Assembly (NCBI RefSeq): GCF_000017845.1
Contig: NC_010546.1
Span: forward strand, 2,490,001-2,522,000
Direction of reading: 5' to 3'
DNA from: Crocosphaera subtropica ATCC 51142
Lineage (GTDB): Bacteria; Cyanobacteriota; Cyanobacteriia; Cyanobacteriales; Microcystaceae
Length of the DNA stretch: 32,000 nucleotides
The position numbers were made by a program, and so were the translations under genes. Shown in pieces: positions 8,591 to 16,525 of this stretch (positions are counted from its first letter, which is position 1; each line of letters starts with the position of its first letter). A model generated the notes under the pieces. The model saw nothing but the letters and a program-made list of their open reading frames with translations, did not search any database and was not told the origin of the DNA.

Positions 8591-9898
8591 CTAAACGAGA
8601 ACTTGTTGCCAATCTAGACGATCTAAAGTGCGAGAACGTTCCAATGCACGCTCAAAACTGTCTAATTTTGGCTCAATGGTTAAAGGTTGACCAATATATT
8701 CTTGTACCGCTTCTTGGGTTTTCAGTCCATTTCCGGTGATATAAACCACGGTGGTTTCATCGGGATCAATTTTTCCTGCTTCAACCAACTTCTTGAGGAC
8801 AGCAACGGTGGTTCCGCCGGCGGTTTCGGTGAAGATGCCTTCGGTTTCCGCTAATAACTTGATTCCTTCGACGATCTCAGCATCGGTGACACTTTCAATA
8901 TTACCGTTGGTTTTGCGAGCAATATCTAAAGCGTAGTAACCGTCTGCAGGGTTGCCGATCGCAATGGATTTTGCGATAGTATTGGGTTTAACTGGGGTGA
9001 CAAAGTCTCGTCCTTCCTTGAAGGCAGAGGCGATGGGTGAACAACCTTCGGCTTGTGCGCCACTGAAACGAACCGCTTTATCTTCCACTAAGCCCGTTTT
9101 GATGAACTCTTGGAAGCCTTTATAAATTTTGGTGTATAAAGAACCAGAGGCTAAGGGGGCAACCACATGATCCGGTAATTTCCAGCCCAACTGTTCGGCC
9201 ACTTCAAAGCCTAATGTCTTGGAACCTTCAGAATAGTAGGGACGTAAGTTAATATTGACAAAGCCCCAACCGTAGGTATTGCCCACTTCACAACAGAGGC
9301 GGTTAACTTGGTCGTAGTTACCTTTCACTGCCATCACGGTAGGGTTGTAGATGAGGGTTCCTAATACTTTCCCTGCTTCTAAGTCCGAGGGAATAAACAC
9401 ACAACAGTCTAAACCGGCATGGGCTGCGATCGCTGCGGTAGAATTGGCTAAATTTCCGGTACTAGCACAAGAAACGGTGGTAAACCCTAATTCTTTGGCA
9501 CGGGTTAAAGCGACGGAAACCACCCGATCTTTAAAGCTAAGGGTGGGCATATTCACCGCATCGTTTTTAATATAAAGATTATTCAGACCCAGGCGACGGG
9601 CGAGACGAGTAGATTTAACCAGGGGTGTCATCCCTGTGCCGACATCAATCGGATTTTCGCTGTTTACAGGCAAAAATGCTTTATAACGCCAGATGGAGTT
9701 AGGACCAGCTTCGATAGTTTCACGACTCACTTGAGCGCGAATAGCATCATAATCATAGGCCACTTCCAACGGAGAAAAGGTTTCTTCGCAAACATGAAGG
9801 GCTTTGAGGGGATATTTAACCCCACCTTCTTTAGAGACGAGGTGGGTGAAAGTAGGAGCTAAGCCTGGGGTTGTTTGGGTTTGAGTTGCCTGGGTCAT
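8591..9898 (-). CDS. thrC: threonine synthase family PLP enzyme (ThrC or ThrC-like)
   Basis: 435 aa. It carries the PLP-lysine motif TLSFKDRVVS, the glycine-rich phosphate loop region, and overall ThrC-like order. Confidence 0.9.
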   Translation of the reverse strand: MTQATQTQTTPGLAPTFTHLVSKEGGVKYPLKALHVCEETFSPLEVAYDYDAIRAQVSRETIEAGPNSIWRYKAFLPVNSENPIDVGTGMTPLVKSTRLARRLGLNNLYIKNDAVNMPTLSFKDRVVSVALTRAKELGFTTVSCASTGNLANSTAAIAAHAGLDCCVFIPSDLEAGKVLGTLIYNPTVMAVKGNYDQVNRLCCEVGNTYGWGFVNINLRPYYSEGSKTLGFEVAEQLGWKLPDHVVAPLASGSLYTKIYKGFQEFIKTGLVEDKAVRFSGAQAEGCSPIASAFKEGRDFVTPVKPNTIAKSIAIGNPADGYYALDIARKTNGNIESVTDAEIVEGIKLLAETEGIFTETAGGTTVAVLKKLVEAGKIDPDETTVVYITGNGLKTQEAVQEYIGQPLTIEPKLDSFERALERSRTLDRLDWQQVLV

Positions 9899-9935
9899 AG
9901 TTGGGTACTGAGTAACACTTTGTCAATCTTTTTGG

Positions 9936-9964
9936 ATAGTAACACGGTCAAAAACTAGCGTCAA
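9936..9964 (-). promoter_or_regulatory. candidate sigma70-type promoter of thrC
   Basis: The minus strand reads TTGACG, 17 nt, TACTAT. The -10 element ends about 35 nt upstream of the thrC ATG. Confidence 0.35.
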
Positions 9965-10238
9965 ACATACCCGACTAATTTAGTCGGGATTAAATTTTTC
10001 GAGATTTCTACGGTGGGAACAGTGAGGAGGAATCTCATGAACCTAATAAGCACCTGGACAAAAATAAACGTTACTGTGAAGTGACCGGGGGAGCGGGGAG
10101 AAAGGAGCAGGGAGAGGGGTTACGACTTATTTACCTTTCTTAAGACAGTTAACTATATTTATGTCCGACTACTTAATGCGTAGTGCTATATATTAATAGC
10201 GAAGAAGTTTATTGATGTAATCGGGGAAAATCTGAACT

Positions 10239-11255
10239 TTGTTAGATAAATTTTATCATCTAATTTATCCAGTTTTTGCTATTGTAATGTCTTTAATAGT
10301 AGGGGCAATTTTAATTGTATTAATTGGCAAAAATCCTTTAGAAGCTTATGGTATTTTATTTCAAGAATCTTTATTTAATTATTATGGTTTTGCTAATACA
10401 GTTACAAAAACAAGTCCTTTACTGTTAGCTAGTTTAGGGATTTTAATAGCTTTAAAAGGAGGACAATTTAATATTGGGGGTGAAGGGCAAATTTATTTAG
10501 GGGCATTGGGTAGCACTTTGGTAGGATTATTTGTTAAAAACATACCCAGTTTCTTGCATATTTTTGTAGCTTTAATCGCTGGTTTTTTATTCGGAGGATT
10601 ATGGGGAATAATCCCTGGTTATTTGAAAGCTTATCGAGGGGTAAACGAAGTTATAACTACCTTATTACTGAACTATATTGCGATTAATTTAATTAGTTAT
10701 TTGGTTCATCATCCTTTAGGGGAACCCAATGCCCCTAGTGCTTATTCTCCTTTGATTGCTGAAACAGCTAAATTACCCATCATTTTACCAAAAACCCTGG
10801 CTCATGCTGGTATTTTTGTAGGGATTATTTGTGTGATTATTGTTGGTATTTTACTACAAAAAACTATTATTGGTTATGAAATAGAAGTGGTTGGCTTAAA
10901 CCCGAAAGCTGCTACTTATGCAGGAATTTCTGTCAGTAAAACTATTCTTTTAGTTATGGCATTATCAGGGGGATTATGTGGATTAGCAGGAGCAACGGAA
11001 GTGATGGGATTAAAATACCGTTTATTTGAGAATTTTTCCCCTGGTTATGGATTTAATGCCATTGCGATCGCCTTTTTAAGTCGGGGTAATGTCATCGGTG
11101 TTTTAATTACTTCCTTATTTTTTGGGGCCTTATTAAGTGGTGCAAATGTTATGCAAAGAAGTGCAGAGGTTCCTATGACTATTGTAACCGTTATTCAAGG
11201 ATTAACCTTACTATTTATTGCCATTAGTATTCAATTGAAAAATAATCAGAAATAA
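10239..11255 (+). CDS. ABC transporter permease (BPD_transp_2 type, simple-sugar/nucleoside class)
   Basis: 338 aa and polytopic. The GGQFNIGGEGQ motif is typical of this permease class. The start is probably the TTG at 10239, since TM1 begins before the first ATG. No ATPase or binding-protein gene is adjacent. Confidence 0.85.
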   Translation: MLDKFYHLIYPVFAIVMSLIVGAILIVLIGKNPLEAYGILFQESLFNYYGFANTVTKTSPLLLASLGILIALKGGQFNIGGEGQIYLGALGSTLVGLFVKNIPSFLHIFVALIAGFLFGGLWGIIPGYLKAYRGVNEVITTLLLNYIAINLISYLVHHPLGEPNAPSAYSPLIAETAKLPIILPKTLAHAGIFVGIICVIIVGILLQKTIIGYEIEVVGLNPKAATYAGISVSKTILLVMALSGGLCGLAGATEVMGLKYRLFENFSPGYGFNAIAIAFLSRGNVIGVLITSLFFGALLSGANVMQRSAEVPMTIVTVIQGLTLLFIAISIQLKNNQK

Positions 11256-11383
11256 CAAAATTGAAATTATAAGTTACAATCAAAAAAAGTGATTATTAAG
11301 TTTAAATCTATGCCTGTTGAGATGAATATGATAGATTTTTATGAAGGGATAAATTTGACACAAACCGAAATATAAACAAGAAA

Positions 11384-11428
11384 AAAAGCCTTCAAGAGTC
11401 TGGCCATGTTTCGACCTCAAAGGCTTTT
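11384..11428. terminator. bidirectional-looking intrinsic terminator hairpin
   Basis: AAAAGCCTT (11384-11392) pairs with AAGGCTTTT (11420-11428), with inner GAGTC/GAC(C)TC pairing. A T-rich tail follows on the plus strand, and 7 consecutive T follow on the minus strand. Confidence 0.45.
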
Positions 11429-11597
11429 GTCTTTCGTTCTTACTCCTCACACACACTCTCATGATGACGCAACCCTGAGAAAATAAGTTTCCTGAAGGTG
11501 ACGCTTTTTCAATTGTCATCAGAAAAAAGGGGGTCACAGTAGTGTAATCTGGGAACGGGGAGGAATATATAAATTTGGTAAATAAGTTAACCATATC

Positions 11598-12185
11598 ATG
11601 ATCATTTCTATTACTGCTTTGAAAGGGGGTGTCGGCAAAACCACGACTTCTATTCATCTCGCAGCTTACTTGCAAGAAAAAGCGCCTACTTTACTCATCG
11701 ATGCCGATCGCAATCGTTCTGCGTTAATTTGGTCTAGAGAAGATAAACTACCGTTTCATGTAGCGTCCCAAGCCGGTTCAACCAGTATTATTCGCAAATA
11801 TCCCCATATTATCGTTGATACCAGAGCTAGACCTGAACCCGAAGAATTTAAGGATCTTGCCGATGGGAGTGATTTGTTAATTGTTCCGACAACCCCCAAT
11901 CATTTGGACTTAGATGCCACCTTTAAAGCCGTAGAACAGTTACAAGCTCTCAATGCTAATTTTAAAGTGCTGTTGACAAAAGTAGATGGCCGAACCAAGA
12001 GCGGACAAGAAGCTAAAAAACGTCTCAAAGAAGCTAATTTACCTCGCTTTAAGACCGCTATTCCTTTGTTAGTGGTCTTTGAAAAAGCCTCTCAACGGGG
12101 TGTGATTACCAGAGATTATCCCGATCCCCGTTCAAAAATGGCTTGGTCAGCCTATGAAGCGGTAGGCAAAGAAATTTTACCGTAA
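11598..12185 (+). CDS. small ParA/ParF-type deviant Walker-A ATPase (orphan)
   Basis: 195 aa. Motifs are ITALKGGVGKTTT (with the signature lysine), LLIDADRN and IIVDT (Walker B). Confidence 0.9.
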   Translation: MIISITALKGGVGKTTTSIHLAAYLQEKAPTLLIDADRNRSALIWSREDKLPFHVASQAGSTSIIRKYPHIIVDTRARPEPEEFKDLADGSDLLIVPTTPNHLDLDATFKAVEQLQALNANFKVLLTKVDGRTKSGQEAKKRLKEANLPRFKTAIPLLVVFEKASQRGVITRDYPDPRSKMAWSAYEAVGKEILP

Positions 12186-12524
12186 ATAGTAAATAGTCGT
12201 AAGGGGTTGATCTTCTAGAGGCGATCGCTCCAAAGCCTATTTTTGATTCTTTTTTTGTTGACATTGATCACAAAGTATGATTAATGAGTATCTTACCCTA
12301 TTCTCCCATAAATAAGGGGAGGTTTCAGGGTAATCTATAAGGTATAGCAATTCAAGTCTGGGTGTTTAAGAAAGGCTGGTTCTCATACTTATAGGTCAAT
12401 AGAGAACTGAGCGAATGTCGAGGCTTAATGCTCCTAAGCCATGACATTTATGGAGGTCAAGATACCTTTACTCATCACTCACTGTTGCTATTACTCATCA
12501 CAACCACAGAGATTAAAACTTATA

Positions 12525-14774
12525 ATGGCTCATCCTCTATACGTTGCATTTATTTGGCATCAACATCAACCGTTGTATAAATCCCGTGAAGCTCTTGATG
12601 ATCCCAATGGACAGTATCGTATGCCTTGGGCCCGCTTACACGGTGTCAAGGATTATTTAGACCTCATTCTGGTTTTAGAAGAGTTTCCGCAACTCCATCA
12701 AACCGTTAATCTTGTTCCTTCTTTGATTCTACAGTTAGAAGATTATAGCCGAGGAACGGCCCTTGATCGCTACATGGCCTTAACGTTAACCTCTGCTATT
12801 GATCTAACCCATGAAGACAAAGAATTTATTTTTGACCACTTTTTCGATGCTCACCATCGCACCTTAATCGATCCCTATTATCGCTATTCTGAATTGAATA
12901 TGCAAAAGCATGATAAGGGGAAAGAATGGTGTATGGAAAATTGGACTGTCCATGATTATAGCGATCTCTTAGCCTGGCATAACTTAGCTTGGATCGATCC
13001 CATTTTCCGAGAAAAAGATCCTGAAATTGCTGCTTGGTTTGAAAAAGGCAAAGGCTTCTCGTTAGGCGATCGCCAAAAAATTATTACTAAACATCGGGAG
13101 ATTATCGGTCAAATTATTCCCCAACACAAAAAAATGCAGGATTCGGGGCAGTTAGAATTAATGACGACCCCCTACACACACCCCATTCTCCCCTTACTAG
13201 CGGATACCGATTCAGGAAAGGTGGCTATTCCTGAAATGCAATTACCTGAAAAACGCTTCCAGTATCCTCAAGATATTCCGCTTCATCTACGCAAAGCCAA
13301 AGAAATGTATCGCGATCGCTTTGGACGGGAACCCAAAGGACTTTGGCCGTCAGAACAGTCCGTTAGCCCTGCCATTTTGCCCTATGTTGCCCAGGAAAAA
13401 TTTAATTGGTTATGTTCGGATGAATCGGTATTAGGCTGGAGTGTGGAACATTATTTCTATCGGGACGAAACCGGAAACGTTTGTGATCCCCATCGGATGT
13501 ATCTTCCCTACCGCTTAAAAACGGAATATGGGGATTTAGCCATTGTCTTCCGTGATCACCGTTTATCGGATTTAATCGGGTTTAGTTACAGTGGCATGGA
13601 ACCCCGTCATGCGGCCTCTGATTTTCTCGGCCATTTAGAAGCCATTTCCCGTTCCTTGGTTGCACGTCAAGAAAGTGAAGCCACTACCCTTGAGGATCCC
13701 TGGTTAGTTACCATTGCCCTAGACGGAGAAAACTGTTGGGAATATTATCATGATGATGGGTTACACTTCCTCAGAGCCTTATATTCTCAGTTAAGTGAAA
13801 TTGATGATATTGAATTGGTCACTGTTTCTGAATTTATTGAGAAGTTTCCCCCGAAAGCTGAAATTCCGACTCACAAGTTACACAGTGGTTCCTGGGTCGA
13901 TGGTAGCTTTAGCACTTGGATCGGTGATCCAGTGAAAAATAAGGCGTGGGATCTCTTAACCGAGGCCCGTGAGACTATGGCTAAACACCCAGAAGCCACG
14001 GAAAAAAGCAATCCTGAAGCTTGGGAAGCCTTATATGCGGCCGAGGGTTCGGACTGGTGTTGGTGGTTTGGGGAAGGCCATTCTTCTAGTCACGGGGCTT
14101 TGTTCGATGAACTGTACCGTGAACATTTACGGGGGGTTTATTCGGCTTTAGGTGAGCCTATTCCTGAGAATTTGTATGAACCCTTGGATGATCATACCAA
14201 AAAAGGCGATCGCACCCCTGTAGGCTTCATTCAACCAGTGATTAACGGTTATCCCGATGAAGAAGACTGGGAAAAAGCTGGACGCATCGAAATTGGCGGA
14301 TCGACGGGAACTATGCACAAAGCAAGTACCGTCCAACGGATCTATTACGGAACCGATCACATGAATTTCTATCTACGGTTTGATGTGAAAATGGGGACGC
14401 AACCAGGCCGAGATTTACCCAATGAGTTACATTTACTTTGGTACTACGCTGATACTGATGTATTTACCAGTACCGTACCTTTAGCGGATGTTCCTGATGA
14501 AGCCCCAGTTAATTATACGTTCCATCATCATGTGGGTATTAATTTAGTGAGTCAGTCTGCTTGGTTACAGCAAGCTTGGCATAGTAATGATTGGCATCCG
14601 AAAAATCATCGCATTGAGGTAGCGTTTAATCAATGTTTAGAAATTGCTGTGCCTTGGAGTGACTTACACCGTGAACCGGATGCTTGGTTACATTTAGTGG
14701 CTATCTTTGCTGATCATGGTAAGTTCCGTAGCTTTTTGCCTGAAAACCAATTACTGGCTTTGAAAGTTCCTTAA
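12525..14774 (+). CDS. glycoside hydrolase family 57 protein (alpha-glucan-active)
   Basis: GH57 conserved regions occur in order: FIWHQHQPLY, GQLELMTTPYTHPILP, LWPSEQSVS, IALDGENCWEY. The ATG at 12525 (MAHPLYVAF...) is preferred over the track start at 12441. Confidence 0.9.
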   Translation: MAHPLYVAFIWHQHQPLYKSREALDDPNGQYRMPWARLHGVKDYLDLILVLEEFPQLHQTVNLVPSLILQLEDYSRGTALDRYMALTLTSAIDLTHEDKEFIFDHFFDAHHRTLIDPYYRYSELNMQKHDKGKEWCMENWTVHDYSDLLAWHNLAWIDPIFREKDPEIAAWFEKGKGFSLGDRQKIITKHREIIGQIIPQHKKMQDSGQLELMTTPYTHPILPLLADTDSGKVAIPEMQLPEKRFQYPQDIPLHLRKAKEMYRDRFGREPKGLWPSEQSVSPAILPYVAQEKFNWLCSDESVLGWSVEHYFYRDETGNVCDPHRMYLPYRLKTEYGDLAIVFRDHRLSDLIGFSYSGMEPRHAASDFLGHLEAISRSLVARQESEATTLEDPWLVTIALDGENCWEYYHDDGLHFLRALYSQLSEIDDIELVTVSEFIEKFPPKAEIPTHKLHSGSWVDGSFSTWIGDPVKNKAWDLLTEARETMAKHPEATEKSNPEAWEALYAAEGSDWCWWFGEGHSSSHGALFDELYREHLRGVYSALGEPIPENLYEPLDDHTKKGDRTPVGFIQPVINGYPDEEDWEKAGRIEIGGSTGTMHKASTVQRIYYGTDHMNFYLRFDVKMGTQPGRDLPNELHLLWYYADTDVFTSTVPLADVPDEAPVNYTFHHHVGINLVSQSAWLQQAWHSNDWHPKNHRIEVAFNQCLEIAVPWSDLHREPDAWLHLVAIFADHGKFRSFLPENQLLALKVP

Positions 14775-14804
14775 ATTTTCTGGATGGGGTTTCTTTAGTC
14801 CCGG

Positions 14805-14830
14805 TAGAGACGTTGCTGACAACGTCTCTA
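14805..14830. terminator. perfect 11-bp hairpin between convergent genes (candidate bidirectional terminator)
   Basis: The sequence is TAGAGACGTTG-CTGA-CAACGTCTCTA. It sits between the GH57 stop (14774) and the binding-protein stop (14835). The U-tracts are weak. Confidence 0.5.
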
Positions 14831-14834
14831 TATA

Positions 14835-15665
14835 TTAGTTATTATTTTCGATAATATAAGGAAATTCCCCGCTATTAATACTGAACCATTCTTTCTGTAA
14901 AATGCGATTTTCTGGGCTAAGAATGGTCACATTAACGAATTGTTTCCATTGAGGATTTTTCTGGGGTAAAATACAGCCGTATAATTCTCTGGTAATAGGT
15001 TGAGATGGCAGTAAAACAAAGTCTTCTATATTATTCCCTTGTTGAACAATTTCTCCTAATAGTAAAATTCCATCACTAACAACAGCTTTAACTTCATCTC
15101 GTTTCAGTTTTCTGACTCCTTCTTCTCGATTTTTGATATTTTTCCAATTAGCTGAGGGATAAATTTGAGGAATAATTTCTTGAGTAGTGGTTCCTGGTAA
15201 AAAGGCAATAGGAATATTATTGAGACTTCCGTTATAATCAAAGTTAGGGGCATCTTCTAATTTTACCAAAAATTGCGCTCCTGTCATGAAAAAAGGGACA
15301 GAAAAATCCACTCTTTTTGAACGAGTTTGAGTGATAGTTGTCGCTCCACACATAATATCAACATCTCCCCTTTGTACAATACGAAAACGACTATCTATGG
15401 TTGCTTCTCTGAGGTTTAATTTAATCGATTGATTGAGGTCTTTTTCTAATCTTTTGTGAATTAAATGGATCAGATCAACAGAGTATCCTGTCCATTTTCC
15501 TCTCTGATTAACATAACCGAAAGGAATGGCATCTTTTCTAACCCCTGCATTTAATTCTCCTGTCCGTTTAATTTTTTCTAAGACAGTTTCGGCTAAGGCA
15601 AAACTAGGAAAAATAGAACAGAAAATAAGAGTTATTAAAACCAAAATTAAGGATTTATTTTTCAT
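14835..15665 (-). CDS. ABC transporter substrate-binding protein, family 3 (polar amino acid type)
   Basis: 276 aa. It has an N-terminal signal peptide (MKNKSLILVLITLIFCSIFPSFALA) and the SBP_bac_3-like core (GYSVDL..., CGATTITQTRSKRVDFSVPFF). Confidence 0.85.
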   Translation of the reverse strand: MKNKSLILVLITLIFCSIFPSFALAETVLEKIKRTGELNAGVRKDAIPFGYVNQRGKWTGYSVDLIHLIHKRLEKDLNQSIKLNLREATIDSRFRIVQRGDVDIMCGATTITQTRSKRVDFSVPFFMTGAQFLVKLEDAPNFDYNGSLNNIPIAFLPGTTTQEIIPQIYPSANWKNIKNREEGVRKLKRDEVKAVVSDGILLLGEIVQQGNNIEDFVLLPSQPITRELYGCILPQKNPQWKQFVNVTILSPENRILQKEWFSINSGEFPYIIENNN

Positions 15666-15952
15666 TTGATAATTATTTAACTATAAACTGAAATCTTGCA
15701 CCGAAACAAATAAACGTTAATAACGTAAGTAGTTTCTTAACGAAGTTCCCGCTAAGTGCGAACAGGGTTGTAAGAATATAGCTAACTGCTAATAGCTGAA
15801 CACTTACAAACTAGCTAATTTAATCGAAGTGCAAGATATAAGTAGACTTAATTTTCTTAGACTTAGAAAATTTAATAAAGTTCCTATAAGTAATTTTAAT
15901 TTAGAGATATTGGTTACTGATACATTAATATAATAGTTGGAAACAATAGCCG

Positions 15953-16489
15953 TTAATTCTTATTAGATAACAATTGCTCTATATTATTTTTAATTATTGT
16001 TTTTTGTTCTTGGTCGTATCCCCATTTATCTAAAAAACGCTTATAATTTCCCTCATCTTCAACAATAGTTTGTTTTAATTGTTCTAATTTTTGCTTGATT
16101 AATTCTAGATCCATTTGCTGAATCAAATTGCTAGTTCTTTGAAAAACCTGATCAGAACCTTGTGCTTTTTTTTCATCATTATTACGACGATGCGTGATCG
16201 CCATAGCAGAAGACATAGCTAGATTTTTAACTAATAGTTCACTAACAATATCGGGGGAGGTTTTCAAGGCATTAATTACCTCTTCGCTAGGATGATCAGA
16301 TAAAGAAAGATGGCTAGTTAAATAGATAACAAAAAATCCCCTTGCCCCATTTTGACTACTGACTAAGGTGGTAATCATTTCTTCAACTTCATAATCTTTT
16401 AAGTGTTTCTCTACCATCGCTTCGAGTAGGGTTTCAGTTAACTGTAATGCGTTTTCAAAAGAAAGATTTTTAGGAATATGCCAGTTCAT
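15953..16489 (-). CDS. hypothetical protein (178 aa), last gene of the PBP1A-bestrophin cluster
   Basis: Clean ORF 36 nt downstream of the bestrophin-like gene. It is predicted helical and I recognise no motif. Confidence 0.7.
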   Translation of the reverse strand: MNWHIPKNLSFENALQLTETLLEAMVEKHLKDYEVEEMITTLVSSQNGARGFFVIYLTSHLSLSDHPSEEVINALKTSPDIVSELLVKNLAMSSAMAITHRRNNDEKKAQGSDQVFQRTSNLIQQMDLELIKQKLEQLKQTIVEDEGNYKRFLDKWGYDQEQKTIIKNNIEQLLSNKN

Positions 16490-16525
16490 TTCAGTCAGTA
16501 ATTTAAAATAAGTAATCAGGAATGA

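Noticed and set aside
9970-10000. Hairpin CCCGACTA-ATT-TAGTCGGG followed by ATTAAATTTTT, considered as a plus-strand terminator of an sRNA
   Set aside because: I found no credible plus-strand promoter or gene upstream, since thrC occupies the other strand. The hairpin lies just upstream of the putative thrC promoter, so it may only insulate divergent transcription.
11280-11675. 131-aa minus-strand ORF from the track
   Set aside because: It overlaps the parA-like start on the opposite strand and runs straight through a terminator hairpin. Its composition is Cys/His/Phe/Arg-rich and not protein-like, and it has no RBS. I treat the region as non-coding.
11598-12185. Interpreting the small ParA-like ATPase as the carboxysome-positioning McdA
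   Set aside because: There is no McdB-like ORF downstream and no carboxysome genes nearby. The protein also keeps the classical signature lysine, which, as I recall, characterised McdA proteins lack. The assignment would need a phylogeny.
12441-12524. 28-codon N-terminal extension of the GH57 ORF (MTFMEVKIPLLITHCCYYSS...)
   Set aside because: GH57 enzymes begin essentially at the LYVAFIWHQHQP segment, and the extension has Cys/Tyr/Ser-rich non-protein-like composition. The ATG at 12525 is preferred.
8751-14360. Short ORFs inside thrC (8751-8936, 9351-9575) and GH57 (13969-14151 alternate frame, 14148-14360 antisense)
   Set aside because: They are shadow or alternate-frame ORFs within genes that have clear family motifs, and nothing independent supports them.
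15714-15790. Possible glutamine (glnA-type) riboswitch upstream of the amino-acid binding protein (segments CGTAAGTAG / GAAGTTCCCGC / GCGAAC)
   Set aside because: The resemblance is only to fragments of the consensus as I recall it, and it lies on the plus strand, which is the wrong strand for the downstream minus-strand gene. The expected E-loop and pseudoknot pairing could not be drawn.
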